From Octopus sinensis (lineage: Eukaryota), in assembly GCF_006345805.1 (NCBI RefSeq), contig NC_043007.1, positions 73,098,001 through 73,162,000 on the forward strand: a DNA stretch of 64,000 bases, given 5' to 3'. Position 1 is the stretch's first letter, and every line of letters starts with the position of its first letter. Both the position numbers and the translations under genes were made by a program. Positions 50,960 to 63,545 of the stretch are shown piece after piece. Below the pieces are notes generated by a model. The model was given only the letters and a program-made list of their open reading frames with translations. It searched no databases and was not told the DNA's origin.

Positions 50960-51560
50960 CTAGTCAGTGAGACCATAACCTTCTCGGCAAGCGCAAGTGA
51001 GACCATAACCTTGTGGCCTATACCAGGGGTGTAACCAGTCCACTTATGCGTGCCTTTCCTTCATTGGACACTAAACTCCGCTTGCGAAGACCTGTTGAGG
51101 CAAGTGAAATTGAAATCGAAATGAAACTCGGTGACTGGCATCTGTTGCTAGTGGAGCACTAAGAGTACCATACGAGTGAGATCGTTGCCAGAGCAACAAG
51201 CTGGCCCTTGTGCCGATGGCATGTTAAACACACAATTTGAGCGTGATCGTTACCTGCGTCGCCTTACTAGCACTTGTGCTGGAGGCACATGAAAAAACAT
51301 TCGAGCAAAGTCGTTGCCAGTGCCGCTGGACTGGCTCCTTTGCAGGTGGCACATAAAAAGCACCATTTGAGCATGGCCCTCGTGCCGGTGGCAAGTAAAA
51401 TCACCCACTACACTTTCTGAGTTGTTGGCGTTAGGAAGGGCATCCAGCTGTGGAAACTCTGCCAGATCAGATTGGAGTCTGGTTCGCCAGACCTCAGTCA
51501 AATTGTCCAACCCATGCTAGCATGGAAAACGGACGTTAAACGATGATGATGATGATGATG
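50960..51560 (+). mobile_element. Complete RTE 3' UTR (from ORF stop to (GAT)n tail)
   Basis: Starts GCAAGTGAGACCATAACCTTGTGGCC, as found directly after the RTE stop at 55551, and ends GGACGTTAAACGATGATGAT. Confidence 0.85.
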
Positions 51561-52535
51561 AATAAATACAATAAACATTTTCATTACTAAGTTGGCATTT
51601 GGAAGATAAATCAACAACAAATTCTTACAGTAAATTATAATGGAATGTTTTAATTTAGACATGCTTTAAAACAAACAGCATTGTATGATAGAATAAGAGA
51701 TAGAATGATAGCAAAATGATGAATCACTGAATACATTTAAACTTGTTTTGTTCTAAAGAATGTTCTTTATTGTCCAGACTTGCCCAAGAATACTTTTCAT
51801 TTATTTCTTTTTGTATTGTGGCTTGCAAGATTCTTGATGTGAACCCATGTGTTGAGATATATTTTGTTGTATCTCAAGAGGGTCATTATGCCAATAATAA
51901 ACACATGCACTGGTTGGATGTATAGTAAGAAGTTTGATTCCGAGCTGCATGGTTCTGGGTTCAATCCTACCTTGGGCAAGTGACTTCTACTGTAGCCTTG
52001 GGTCAATCAAAACTTTATGAGTGTATTTGGTTGACATAAACTGAAAGAGGCCCATTGTATGTGTGTGTGTGTGTATGTTTTGCCTCCAGCATCACTTCTT
52101 CAAGGTGGTGGGCCAGTATGGTCACAGTCCAATGACTGAAACGAGTAAAAGATAAAAGATAATTACCATTTAACTAATTAACTAATTGATTGCTTGATTA
52201 TTAATCATCAATCATTTAGGTTTTGTCAAAGTCCTTTTATTGCCATTTGCAAACCTCATCCATAACATTCTCTCATTACTCCAAGTCAAATTCTCATATC
52301 GAACCTCAAACAGATGTAACATGTTTTTTGAATTAACTCAAATATATATGAGTATATTTTGTGGCTTTACTTTGTGATGAAAGTAAACTGTAACTTGGGT
52401 TCATGAACTACCTTATAACTACTAAAATAATATAGAAAGTAAATCTTAGCTATGTTAATTAAGATATAGTTATTTATTGTTGTAAGATACCTGTTTTCCA
52501 GTTATTTATATATTTATTGTTGTTTTCTTATTTAG

Positions 52536-53471
52536 GTTGGATTATTTATTCTGCTGTGGGCTCTCCCTGTGAAACTCATCCCTTATTCAGTGGTATATGT
52601 CTATGGCTTTGTGCTGCAGTTATTTGAACCTATCATGTTATTCCAAGAAGTTCTCTTTATTCTTCTCCTAGCAACAAAACTTTCCAATTACATAAATGAT
52701 TTGGCTGAAGAGGATGATGAGGATAACCTGTACATATATCAAATTATATTTGCTATATTTTCTATTCTAAACTATGGTTTATCCTGTTATATTGTGTTAA
52801 TAACTTTTAACAGCAACACCTGGCTTCTTTATGTGATATTGTTTCTAACAGTCTTCAACCATGTTCTCATGTGGTCATTAGGAACTGGACAGATGTGGGA
52901 AACTGCTTTTAGCTTCATGTTGACCATGCTTATACTTTTACTCATGAAAACAGAGAACAACTTAAATGAAAATATAGAATTACCTATTTTATCCTGTTTT
53001 GATTCTAAACACACTTTGATAGAATTTGTGAGCAGTGTTTGGCAACTAAACTCTGAGAAACTATCCAACTTTCTAAATTTGATTGGCAGATTTTTAAGTC
53101 CTATTTTTCTTGGCACTATTTTCCTACGGCTCTTTTCTGTCAATTGCTTCAATTATCAGAAAACTGTTTCAATGTTTTTTGAAAACGAAGACAAAGAAGA
53201 TGATGATTTATTAGAAGAAAGTAGTCTGTCCATTTTAAGTTGCTCAGGTTTACAACCAACTCTTGTTTGTAAATTGGGCACAGTTTTTGTTGTTACGCAA
53301 CTTATGATTAGACAATTTTATCTTTTTATCGGAAATGGCTTAATTGCTCAGCAAGAATGGATAAAAAATTGGTTGCCTGATAATATATTAATTGGAAGAG
53401 TAACTCAAATGTTTTTGGTGAATATTTTCTTTCAGCATTCAATTTACAGACGATGGTCAGATAATTCTTAA
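52536..53471 (+). CDS. Exon 2 of the same membrane protein (311 aa + stop; VGLFILLWALPVKLIPY...RRWSDNS); spliced product 377 aa with about 10 TM segments
   Basis: 936-nt open frame after acceptor TTGTTTTCTTATTTAG|G, phase 0. The GTG at 52569 in the ORF track is an internal Val. No repeat character. Confidence 0.9.
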   Translation, partial: VGLFILLWALPVKLIPYSVVYVYGFVLQLFEPIMLFQEVLFILLLATKLSNYINDLAEEDDEDNLYIYQIIFAIFSILNYGLSCYIVLITFNSNTWLLYVILFLTVFNHVLMWSLGTGQMWETAFSFMLTMLILLLMKTENNLNENIELPILSCFDSKHTLIEFVSSVWQLNSEKLSNFLNLIGRFLSPIFLGTIFLRLFSVNCFNYQKTVSMFFENEDKEDDDLLEESSLSILSCSGLQPTLVCKLGTVFVVTQLMIRQFYLFIGNGLIAQQEWIKNWLPDNILIGRVTQMFLVNIFFQHSIYRRWSDNS

Positions 53472-55248
53472 ATAATCATTATTTTGGAGACTATTGCACT
53501 TTTCACATAACAACAAACACCATTTACATTATTGATATATTTCATTATGAAATCCAAAATCAAGTAATGGAATTATTGTTTCTGATTTCTGCTGAGAATG
53601 TTTTAGAAATCATAAGGATTCCAATTCCAAAAGAGAAATAATCCATGTTGACAATATTCACACTTGGCCTTAATTCTTTTCTTTTTTTCATATCCATCTT
53701 TATGAATTCCAACAGTTCCTTTTAAAACAAAGACTTATTCATGTTCTTTGACACAAATACTGGCACATTTAAGATAATTAAATTTCTTATAAGCACTTAC
53801 TTACTCAGAAAACTATTGAAAACTATTGCTCCTACATCAGGAATGGTATTGCTGTTCAATGGAAAACACTCCTAAATATAGAATGATACTGGTATTCTGC
53901 TACTCATATTTTATGTTGTTTCCACATTTAGTTGGTACTACTTGTTAGTGGAATACTTTCCTACTTCTAAGACAGTATTGCTGTTCAATGGAATATTCCT
54001 CTAAATCTAAGACAATACTGCTGTCCAATGGAATACTGCTCTCATGTCAGGGACTGTGCCATTACTTAATGGAATATTTTCCGAAATCTGGCATGCTGCT
54101 GCTACCCAAGAAAGAACACTACTCCTTACTTCTATGATGATGCTGTTATTCACATCATTACCTCTCATTTTGTACAACTTAAAATTTGAAAGAGTTGTTA
54201 GTCTCTGCACTTTTGCTAATCCCAAGATTTCTAAAAATTCTTAAACTGATGCTTCTAACTTGATAGAATACTAATGAAACAGCTGAGAAATCGAAAATCC
54301 ATACAAGATCATCAGTTATAAACAGCGTGAAGAAAAATGTAGAGTTAAGGGGCTGAGATAAAGGAACCCAAAGGGTTTTTTAAAAGATGCAACTTTGCCC
54401 AAAAGCTTCATATTTGAAACCAACAACTCAACATGGTAAAAAACATTTTGCTAAAAATGATTCTGTCCTCTTTTTAGCTATCAAATTCTCTTGATTTAAC
54501 CAAAATATTTCTTTAATTGAAATTTGTGGCCCAGAAAATAATGCCATTAGAAGGTTTAAAAGCAATATGAAGTATGAATTGATAATAAAGATTTGACAAG
54601 ACAGCAGGGAGAGAGGTCAGATTTAAGGTGTTGGGTGTTTGCCTTCTGCCATACTTGATATGTAACTGTAGGACTACTATAAATTGGCTATGAATTGACT
54701 TAGGTAACAGAAACAGTCTATTATGTCTGGCATTTTAAGCAAGACCTGGTACCACTTTTTGGGAACTGGATACTCCTGAAAGATGGAGCTGACTTTGCCA
54801 TCTGGTAAAGAGTAAATGAGCAAAAGGTTGAAACTGTAATAATTGGAACGATGCTGATGATGATAATAAACTTCAGATACATTATTTCTGTGTATATTTG
54901 CTAATTTTTCTGGTCTTAATTATTTGAAAACTAACTAATGAAGTAAAATTATATTAGACATATATCAAAAATCTTAGCAATTAATTCAGAATACTTGAAA
55001 TGTTATTTATATATATATATATGCACATGCATTCAGACACATACTCATATGCATAAAGCCTATGCATTCAGACACATACTCATATGCATAAAGCCTGTAA
55101 AACTAAAACTTGAAATGTGAGAACTGGAAGTTCAGTTGAGCAAAAATTGGTATTAGTCAGAGGAACTGCATAAATAATCAAATCTCAACAGTTTCTACTG
55201 AGATGCAATTTACTGGTACTAATAAGGAGAAAACTGGTTACCCTGACA

Positions 55249-55875
55249 ATGATTACTGGCTTCTCGACAGAGTGTAAGTACCTTGAGAGAAAAGTTGGAC
55301 CTAAGAAGCATCAGATGTGGTGTGCAAGACTGCGCTGGTATGATCATGTGGCGAGAATGGATGAGGATAGCTGTGTGAAAAAGTGCCACACCCTTGCAGT
55401 TGAGGGAACCTGTGGAATAGGTAGACCCAGAAAGACCTGGAATGAAGTGGTGAAGCACGAACTTCGAACATTAGGCCTCACCGAAGCAATGACTAGTAAC
55501 CGAGACTTTTGGAAATATGCTGTGCTTGAGAAGACCCAGCAAGCCAAGTGAGACCATAACCTTGTGGCCTATGTCAGGGGTGTAACTAGCCCACTTATGC
55601 ATACCTTTCCTTCATTAGACACTAAACTCTGCTTGTGAAGACCTGTTGAGGCAAGTGAAATTGAAATCAAAATAAAATTCGATGACTGGCATCCGTGCTA
55701 GTGGAGCGCTAAGAGCACCATCCAAGCATGATCATTGCCAGAGCAACTAACTGGCTTCCATGCTGGTGGCACATAAAAAGCACCATTTGAGCGTGATCAT
55801 TACCAGCGTTGCCTTACTGGCATGTGAAAAAAACTTTTGAGCGAGGTTGTTGCCAGTGCCACTAGACTGGCTCTT
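55249..55875 (+). mobile_element. RTE LINE ORF end plus 5' part of its 3' UTR
   Basis: CARLRWYDHVARMDEDSCVKKC...GRPRKTWNEVVKHELR...EKTQQAK*. Confidence 0.9.
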
Positions 55876-55879
55876 TCCA

Positions 55880-57110
55880 TCAGCATTCACCCGGGGTGGG
55901 TTTAGCTGGCTTCATTCATCCTCAATACTGCATCTCACAAACGCCGACCAGACCTGGCGATTTGAGGCTAACGATCTCCAACCACTCCTTATTCCAGTGG
56001 CAAATGCCGTAGGTATGGGGGCCTAGGTTGGGTTCCAGATCAGCCTTGACTGTCATCAGCCAGGTTTTTCATTGTCCACCACATTGCTTTCGCCAACCCT
56101 GAAGGGGAACCGGGGCAATTGCTTCGTAGATGAATTCTGCTTGACGACGGAGGGCATGACCCAGCCAACGCAGACGTCTTGTTAGGATGACTTGTCGGAG
56201 GGAAGTGATTTTGCACTGGTGTCGCACCAAATTGTTGGAGACAAAATGATGCCATTCGACATGAAGGATGCGGTGTAGACAGGTGATTGAAGGATTCTAG
56301 TCGCTTAATATCTTCCACCCTCATTGGCTATGACTCACTGTCGTAAAGGAGAATCATTCACACTAGCGCTTGGTAGATCCGTACTTTGGTGGTGCGTCAG
56401 ATCTCAGATCTTGACCAGAGTCATGCATTGAATCGGTTGGAGGCTTGGCGAGCGAGGTCGATTCGTGTTTTAATGTCAGCCTCACCTTGACCTGTAGCTG
56501 TAATGATGGCACCGAGGTATTTGAAACTCTCAACCTCTTCAAGAATATCACCATTGAGGACAATGGGTGTTTTGTCTGGTAGGGCGAAGCCAGCTGTGAG
56601 GGTTTTGGTCTTCGAGGCATTGACTTTCATACCAATCTGCGATGCAACATGCCGGAGCTCAATGATAACAAACTGGACATCAGCAAATGTTTCGCCAAGT
56701 ATCGCAATGTCATCTGTGTAATCTAGATCCTTGATGGAAAAGTTGTGACCAACAGTGACACTGGGGAACTCCCTTAATGCATTTGTGGTGATCCAGTCGA
56801 TGGCGTAATTGAAAAGAGTTGGCAAAAGAACATATCCTTGCCGAACGCCAGACTATATTTTGAAGGGTTCCGACACTTCACTGTACATGTGTATGCGGGA
56901 TCTTGTTGAGCAGTTAATAAGCTTTGGTAAGATTGAGAAGTTTAGGTGGGATACCATCTGCCTGCATGATCTACCAGAGGGTGTCACAATCGACGGAGTC
57001 AAATGCAGCAGCAAAATCAACAAAGCAGATGACTGTCTTCCTGTCTTTGCCCGTGTCCGGTTTCATTTTGCCAGCTGGCTATTTCTGAATTTGATGTAGC
57101 CATGGAGCAA
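55880..57110 (-). pseudogene. Second RTE-clade RT fragment (different family)
   Basis: SGVRQG..L.PTLFNYAIDWI, DLDYTDDIAILG, GMKVNASKTK, VESFKYLG. Confidence 0.85.
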
Positions 57111-58491
57111 CCTCAGATGGATCATTTAAGGTTGTTATGCAACCTGCTTGCATGTCTTCAACCTCAAAAGAACACTGAAAAGACCTAGATGAAAATTATA
57201 TGTAGAGAGTTCAGAGAAACTGAAGATAACTATTAATGATGTTGGTAAACATGGTAAGAAATTATCTATGGAAAATTGGTACCATACTAATCCTGTAGTA
57301 TTTAAACATACCATATACAGTCCAAATCTTTAACCTGTTTTATGTTCAAACCAGCCACAACTGGTCTCTTACACCTACTCTATAATGTCATTTTAAAAAC
57401 AAACAATTACATCATCGAAGTCTCAAAGCTATGGAGATAGGCATGATTAATTCAAAATAATATGAATAAATAAGCATTACATTTGACAGATTATTCTAAA
57501 TGCTAAAGGGTGAAGGGAGATAGATTAGAAGGAAACACCCTAAAAACCTCTCTGTCTAAAGTTTACTGGATAATTATAATGATCAATCCACCATGATAAC
57601 TTATTTAACTTCTCTCCAAAGTTCTACTTATAGCAAAATATATTTCTCTAAACAATAATTATATGTTTGAATGAGCAAAGCTAATCAATTATGTAATTAT
57701 AATAGTAACTATAAATTAATAGCATACTAGATGTGTTAAGCCAAGAAATTTTTTTGCTAAACTTAAACCCTGAATGATGACAACAATAATTTTCTAAATG
57801 CCTAGTTCTCAAAAAATACAAGGGGCAGAGAAAACACCCTCTAGATTTTAATTAAATATCCAACCCATGCTAGCATGGAGAACGGACGTTAAACGATGAT
57901 GATGATGATGATGATCAATCACCACAAAAGTATAATTTTAACTATTTCTTGATGTACTACATCAAGTATGTTAGTTCTTATTTCTAGGTTTTCATGCAAC
58001 AGGCATCCCTGGGTAATTTTTCCCAGTCACATATATATACATATTTATAGCATTCACATGTGTTATTAAATTATTCATGACCTGAGCTCTGGTAATTGAG
58101 AACTATTTCAAGTAAATTTGTATCTGCATATCAAATACATTCAGAGATACAAGGTCTGAACGTACATATGCAACATTATAACATTTTCTTTTCTTGAACT
58201 TTTATTACACAATATTGAAGTAAAAAATTACTTTTTATAAGAATTTGTCCTGTTATTTTTTAAATTTGTAACCTCGAGTTTTAAAATATGTTGACATTGA
58301 ACATGTGAATTTGTTAAGTTAGACAAAAATGCCATACAACTTTTCTATTGTTTTCTTATAGAAATCTACTTCCTACTGAAAAGGTTTTTTTTTTTTTATA
58401 TATTACTAACATGTTAACCAACTTTGCCATGTGAGAAAGACATGAATAGCCTCCAAGTATACAGGATCTACCTGTTCATAACCAACTTTAT

Positions 58492-58887
58492 TACTCTTTT
58501 TCCCTTTTACTCTTTTCTTGTTTCAGTCATTTGATTGCTGGAGCACTGCCTTTAGTCGAGCTAATCGACCCTAGGACTTATTCTTTGTAAGCTTAGTACT
58601 CATTCTATTGATCTCTTTTGCCGAACCGCTAAGTTACGGGGACCTAAATACACCAGCATCAGTTGTCAAGCAATGTTGGGAGGACAAACACACACATATA
58701 TATATATATATACACATATATACGATGGGCTTCTTTCAGTTTCCATCAACCAAATCCACTCACAAGGCCTATGGTTGGCCCGAGGCTATAGAAGAAGACA
58801 CTTACCCAAGATGCCACGTAGTGGGACTGAACCCGGAACCATGTGGTTTGTAAGCAAGCTACTTACCACAGAGCCACTCCTGTGCCT
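58492..58887 (-). mobile_element. Full-length CORE-type SINE
   Basis: Homologous to 44868-45250. Confidence 0.85.
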
Positions 58888-59271
58888 ATGCACTTTTTCT
58901 TTAATTTAATTTTCATTACACAATGATAAATAGTAATAGTATGGCATTGAAGTTGATATAATGTTTCTGTGTAGACTACGTTGCAATTCTCTGATCATCT
59001 TCAGCTGATACACACACACAGGCAGATAGGTGCTGGCAATGTTACGAGGTTAAGAAACTTGCTTCCCAACCATGTGGTCTTCATTTCTGTCTCACTGTGT
59101 GGCACCTTAGGTAAGTGTCTTCTATTATAACCTTGGGCCTTGCAAGTTAATTTGGCAGACAAGAACTGGAAGATGTCTATCATATATACATATATATTAT
59201 TTTATTTATTAGGGAATAAAAATTCCGGCATCACAGGGGTTCAAATTATTCTCAATGAGGAAATATATATG

Positions 59272-59583
59272 TTATTTAGAGATAGTAGTCCCCTTACTCA
59301 CCATATAAAAGAATTTTAATTTAATTTAATACTTACTACTCATTTCTCAGCTACACGTGTTTCTTAAGGTTCATTTTACGGTTCCTTAAGCATGCAGTGT
59401 TTTACAGGAACCCTTCTTAAAATCATCAGGCCTGATGATTGGGGTTACATTTTAAGAAAGGTTCCTGTAAAACACTGCATGCTTAAGGAACCTTAAGAAA
59501 CACGTTTAGTTGAGAAATGAGTAGTAAGTATTAAATTGAAATTTTTTTATATGGTGAGTAAGGGAACTACTATCTCTAAATAA
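59272..59583. mobile_element. Near-perfect ~310-bp foldback with a central 20-bp palindrome
   Basis: Arms reverse-complementary over more than 120 nt; AATCATCAGGCCTGATGATT at 59421-59440; flanked by TA repeats. Confidence 0.85.
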
Positions 59584-60121
59584 TATATATATATGTATGT
59601 GTCTGTGTATGTTTGTGTATACCTTTACCTGGACATCACATGATGGCTGTAAATGAGCATCATTGCTATAAATTAGATTGTTCATTTTCAGTCTTCCATG
59701 AGAAAATATTACCTTGCTTAGAAACATGAAAGTTGGTGACAGGAAGGGCATCCAGCTGTAGAAAATATGCCTCAACAAATTCTGTCTGATCCATGCAAGC
59801 ATTGAAAAATGGATGTTAAAGGATGATATACACACATATATTTTTTATCTTCTTTCAGTCATTGGATTGTGGCCATACAGGGGCTCTACCACAGAGTTTC
59901 AGTCAAACAAATTGACCCCAGTTCTTATTTTTAGTCTAGTATTTATTCTATAAGTCTCTTATGCCAAACTTCTAGGTTACAGGTATGTAAAGAAACCAAC
60001 TTCAGTTGTCAAATGATGGTGGGGGAGAAATACAATGTGCACACACAAACACCACACACACACACGAGACAGGCTTCTTTCAGTTTCTATCTACCAAATC
60101 CATTCAAGGTTTTGGTTGGAC

Positions 60122-61201
60122 AGGAAAAGGTAATTAAAATTCGTTAAAATGATAGATCTATTGGACTTTCAAAGAGATCAAATTGTTGGTGCTCGTATGG
60201 CAGGCACTAGCGTAACAAAAATAGCCAAAATGTTTGGTGTATCAAGAACTACTGTCTCAAAAGTAATGACAGCCTTTGAGAAAGAGGGGAAAAAACTCGC
60301 AAGAAAACCAAAACTTTCAGATAGGGACTGTCAGACTCTTATGTGAATTGTAAGAAAGGATCACAAAAGTATACAGCTCCCAAAATTACTGCAGAGCTTA
60401 ATGACCACCTTGAGAACCCAGTTTCCAAAAAAAAACTGTTCATCGGGAGCTGCACAAAGCCAGATTTCACAGGAGGGCTGCAATAAAAAAAACCACTACT
60501 TTCAAAAACAAATGTTGCAAAGCATTTTGGGTGGAGTAAAAACCTACAGTATTGGTCCCTAGAGTAGTGGAAGAATGTTATCTTCTCAGACAAGTCATCC
60601 TTTACGTTATTTCCAACCACCGGCCAAGTATACATGTGGAGACAGATAAAAGAAGCACTTAACCCAGACTGCCTTCTCCCAACTGTTAAACATGGAGGAG
60701 GATCTGTGATGATCTGGGGGGACTATATCTTGGAAATCCGCCGGCCCAATGGTTTCCCTTCATGGCAGAATTAATAGTCAGGACTATTTAAGCATTTTAT
60801 CTGATCAAATTCATCCTATGGTTGCAGAACTGTTTCCGGAGGGAAACACAATCTTTCAGGATGATAATGCACCAATTCCCATAGCTAAAGTTGTTGCTGA
60901 ATGGCACGAGGAACATTCTAGTGAAGTTGAACATCTTATCTGGCGACCACAGTCCCCAGATCTCAGTGCATTTTAGAAAAACAAGTAAGGAATCGATATC
61001 CTCCACCATCATCACTGCAAGAATTGGAGACTGTTTCAGGTGAAGAATGGACAAAAATTCCTTTGGAGACAATTCAAATTTTGTACGAGTCCGTATCTCA
61101 TAGAGTTCAAGCTGTAATTAATCCCAAGGGTAGCCCTACTCCATATTAAAATAAATTTGTTTGAAATTTGAAGGTGTTTACATTATTTTGTCCAACCCCT
61201 G
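60122..61201 (+). mobile_element. Tc1-family transposon, frameshifted, 3' TIR present
   Basis: MIDLLDFQRDQIVGARMAG.S...FGVSR.TVS; IFSDKS; IFQDDNAP; WRPQSPDL; ends PTPY*; terminal ATTATTTTGTCCAACCCCTG. Confidence 0.9.
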
Positions 61202-61837
61202 CATATATATATATATATATATATGGCCACGATTACAATTTCAACTCAAAATGTCTTCTCAAGCACAACAAATTGCCAACAGTCTTGATCACTTGTCATT
61301 GCCTCTGTAAGACAATATCTGAAGATCATATTTCACCACCTTACTCCAAGTCTTCCCGCCAGATAAATTTGGTTTGTTGACTATTTTTTGTGGTAAATAA
61401 CCAACTAGAGCAATTTGAAGATTAACAAGAGTGAAAGAAAGATTCTGTTTTATGAGCTAAAAATATGGCAGAATTGAATTTTTGGCTTCAGTATTTTTAT
61501 TTTTAAGATCTTAAGGGTCCTCATATGGTATTGATAAAACATTGAAGTAATATTAGTTGGCACCATGTCACCACCATCTTTATCTCTTTTCCAGCTACTC
61601 TCAACCACCCTCACATAATGCTGGGTAACCATGTATCTCATTTATAGATACAAGACATCTATACTTGTCCCTCTATCATACTTTAGCCTTTCTACTCTTG
61701 ACATAAAACCACCTCCCCCTCTCTCAAATACACCCTCTCATTTGAGGGGGATTTTTCTTTTTCTTTCTTTTCTTTGTCTTGCAAGTTATTTGATAACCTC
61801 ACCACTGCTCAATAAACAATGTAAAAATAGTTGGCAG

Positions 61838-63545
61838 TAGGAAGGCGGCAAGCTGGCAGAAACATTAGCACGCCGGGCGAAATGCATAGCCGTATTTTGT
61901 CTGCCGTTACGTTCTGAGTTCAAATTCCGCCGAGGTCGACTTTGCTGTTCATCCTTTCGGGGTCAAAAAATTAAGTACCAGTTAAGCACTGGGGTCGATG
62001 TAATCGACTTAATCCGTTTCTCTGTCCTTGTTTGTCCTCTCTGTGTTTAGCCCCTTGTAGGTAGTAAAGAAATAGGTATTTCGTCTGCCATTACGTTCTG
62101 AGTTCAAATTCTACCGAGGTCAACTTTGCCTTTCATCCTTTCGGGGTCGATTAAATAAGTACCAGTTACGCACTGGGGTCGATGTAATCGACTTAATCCG
62201 TTTGTCTGTCCTTGTTTGTCCTCTCTATGTTTAGCCCCTTGTGGGTAGTAAAGAAATAGGTATTTCGTCTGATGCTACGTTCTGAGTTCAAATTCCGCAA
62301 CGGTCGACTTTGCCTTTCATCCTTTCGGAGTCAATTAAATAAGTACCAGTTACGCACTGGGGTCGATGTAATCGACTTAATCCGTTTGTCTGTCCTTGTT
62401 TGTCCCCTCTGTGTTTAGCCCCTTGTAGGTAGTAAAGAAATAGGTATTTCGTCTGTCATTACGTTCTGAGTTCAAATTCTACCGAGGTCGACTTTGCCTT
62501 TCATCCTTTCGGGGTCGATTAAATAAGTACCAGTTACGCACTGGGGTCGATATAATCGACTTAATCCGTTTCTCTGTCCTTGTTTGTCCTCTCTGTGTTT
62601 AGCCCCTTGTGGGTAGTAAAGAAATAGGTATTTCGTCTGCCATACGTTCTGAGTTCAAATTCTACGAGGTCGACTTTGCCTTTCATCGTTTCGGAGTCGA
62701 TTAAATAAGTACCAGTTACGCACTGGGGTCGATGTAATCGACTTAATCCGTTTGTCTGTCCTTGTTTGTCCTCTCTATGTTTAGCCCCTTGTGGGTAGTA
62801 AAGAAATAGGTATTTCGTCTGATGCTACGTTCTGAGTTCAAATTCTACCGAGGTCGACTTTGCCTTTCATCCTTTCGGGGTCGATTAAATAAGTACCAGT
62901 TACGCACTGGGGTCGATATAATCGACTTAATCCGTTTCTCTGTCCTTGTTTGTCCTCTCTGTGTTTAGCCCCTTGTGGGTAGTAAAGAAATAGGTATTTC
63001 GTCTGCCATTACGTTCTGAGTTCAAATTCTACCGAGGTCGACTTTGCCTTTCATCCTTTCGGGGTCGATTAAATAAGTACCAGTTACGCACTGGGGTCGA
63101 TATAATTGACTTAATCCGTTTCTCTGTCCTTGTTTGTCCTCTCTGTGTTTAGCCCCTTGTAGGTAGTAAAGAAATAGGTATTTCGTCTGATGCTACGTTC
63201 TGAGTTCAAATTCCGCAACGGTCGACTTTGCCTTTCATCCTTTCGGAGTCAATTAAATAAGTACCAGTTACGCACTGGAGTCGATGTAATCGACTTAATC
63301 CGTTTGTCTGTCCTTGTTTGTCCTCTCTGTGTTTAGCCCCTTGTGGGTAGTAAAGAAATAGGTATTTCGTCTGACGCTACATTCTGAGTTCAAATTCCGC
63401 CGAGGTCGACTTTGCCTTTCATCCTTTCGGAGTCGATTAAATAAGTACCAGTTACGCACAGGAGTCGATGTAATCGACTTAATCCGTTTGTCTGTCCTTG
63501 TTTGTCCTCTCTGTGTTTAGCCCCTTGGGGGTAGTAAAGAAATAG
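61838..63545 (+). repeat. SINE-derived tandem array: one head plus nine ~184-bp units
   Basis: Unit starts at 61892, 62076, 62260, 62444, 62628, 62810, 62994, 63178 and 63362; junction AAAGAAATAG|GTATTTCGTCTG. Confidence 0.95.

Noticed and set aside
52569-53471. Single-exon gene starting at GTG 52569
   Set aside because: The frame is open back to a strong acceptor at 52535 and joins a phase-compatible upstream ATG exon, so it is better modelled as exon 2.
54670-54890. About 70-codon open frame on the minus strand (…LPDGKVSSIFQEYPVPKKW…) as a terminal exon of a convergent gene
   Set aside because: No recognisable homology, weak acceptor, and no partner exons found in 55-64 kb.
61892-63545. 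CRISPR-like regular array
   Set aside because: The units are contiguous 184-bp SINE bodies with no unique spacers, there are no cas genes, and the context is eukaryotic.
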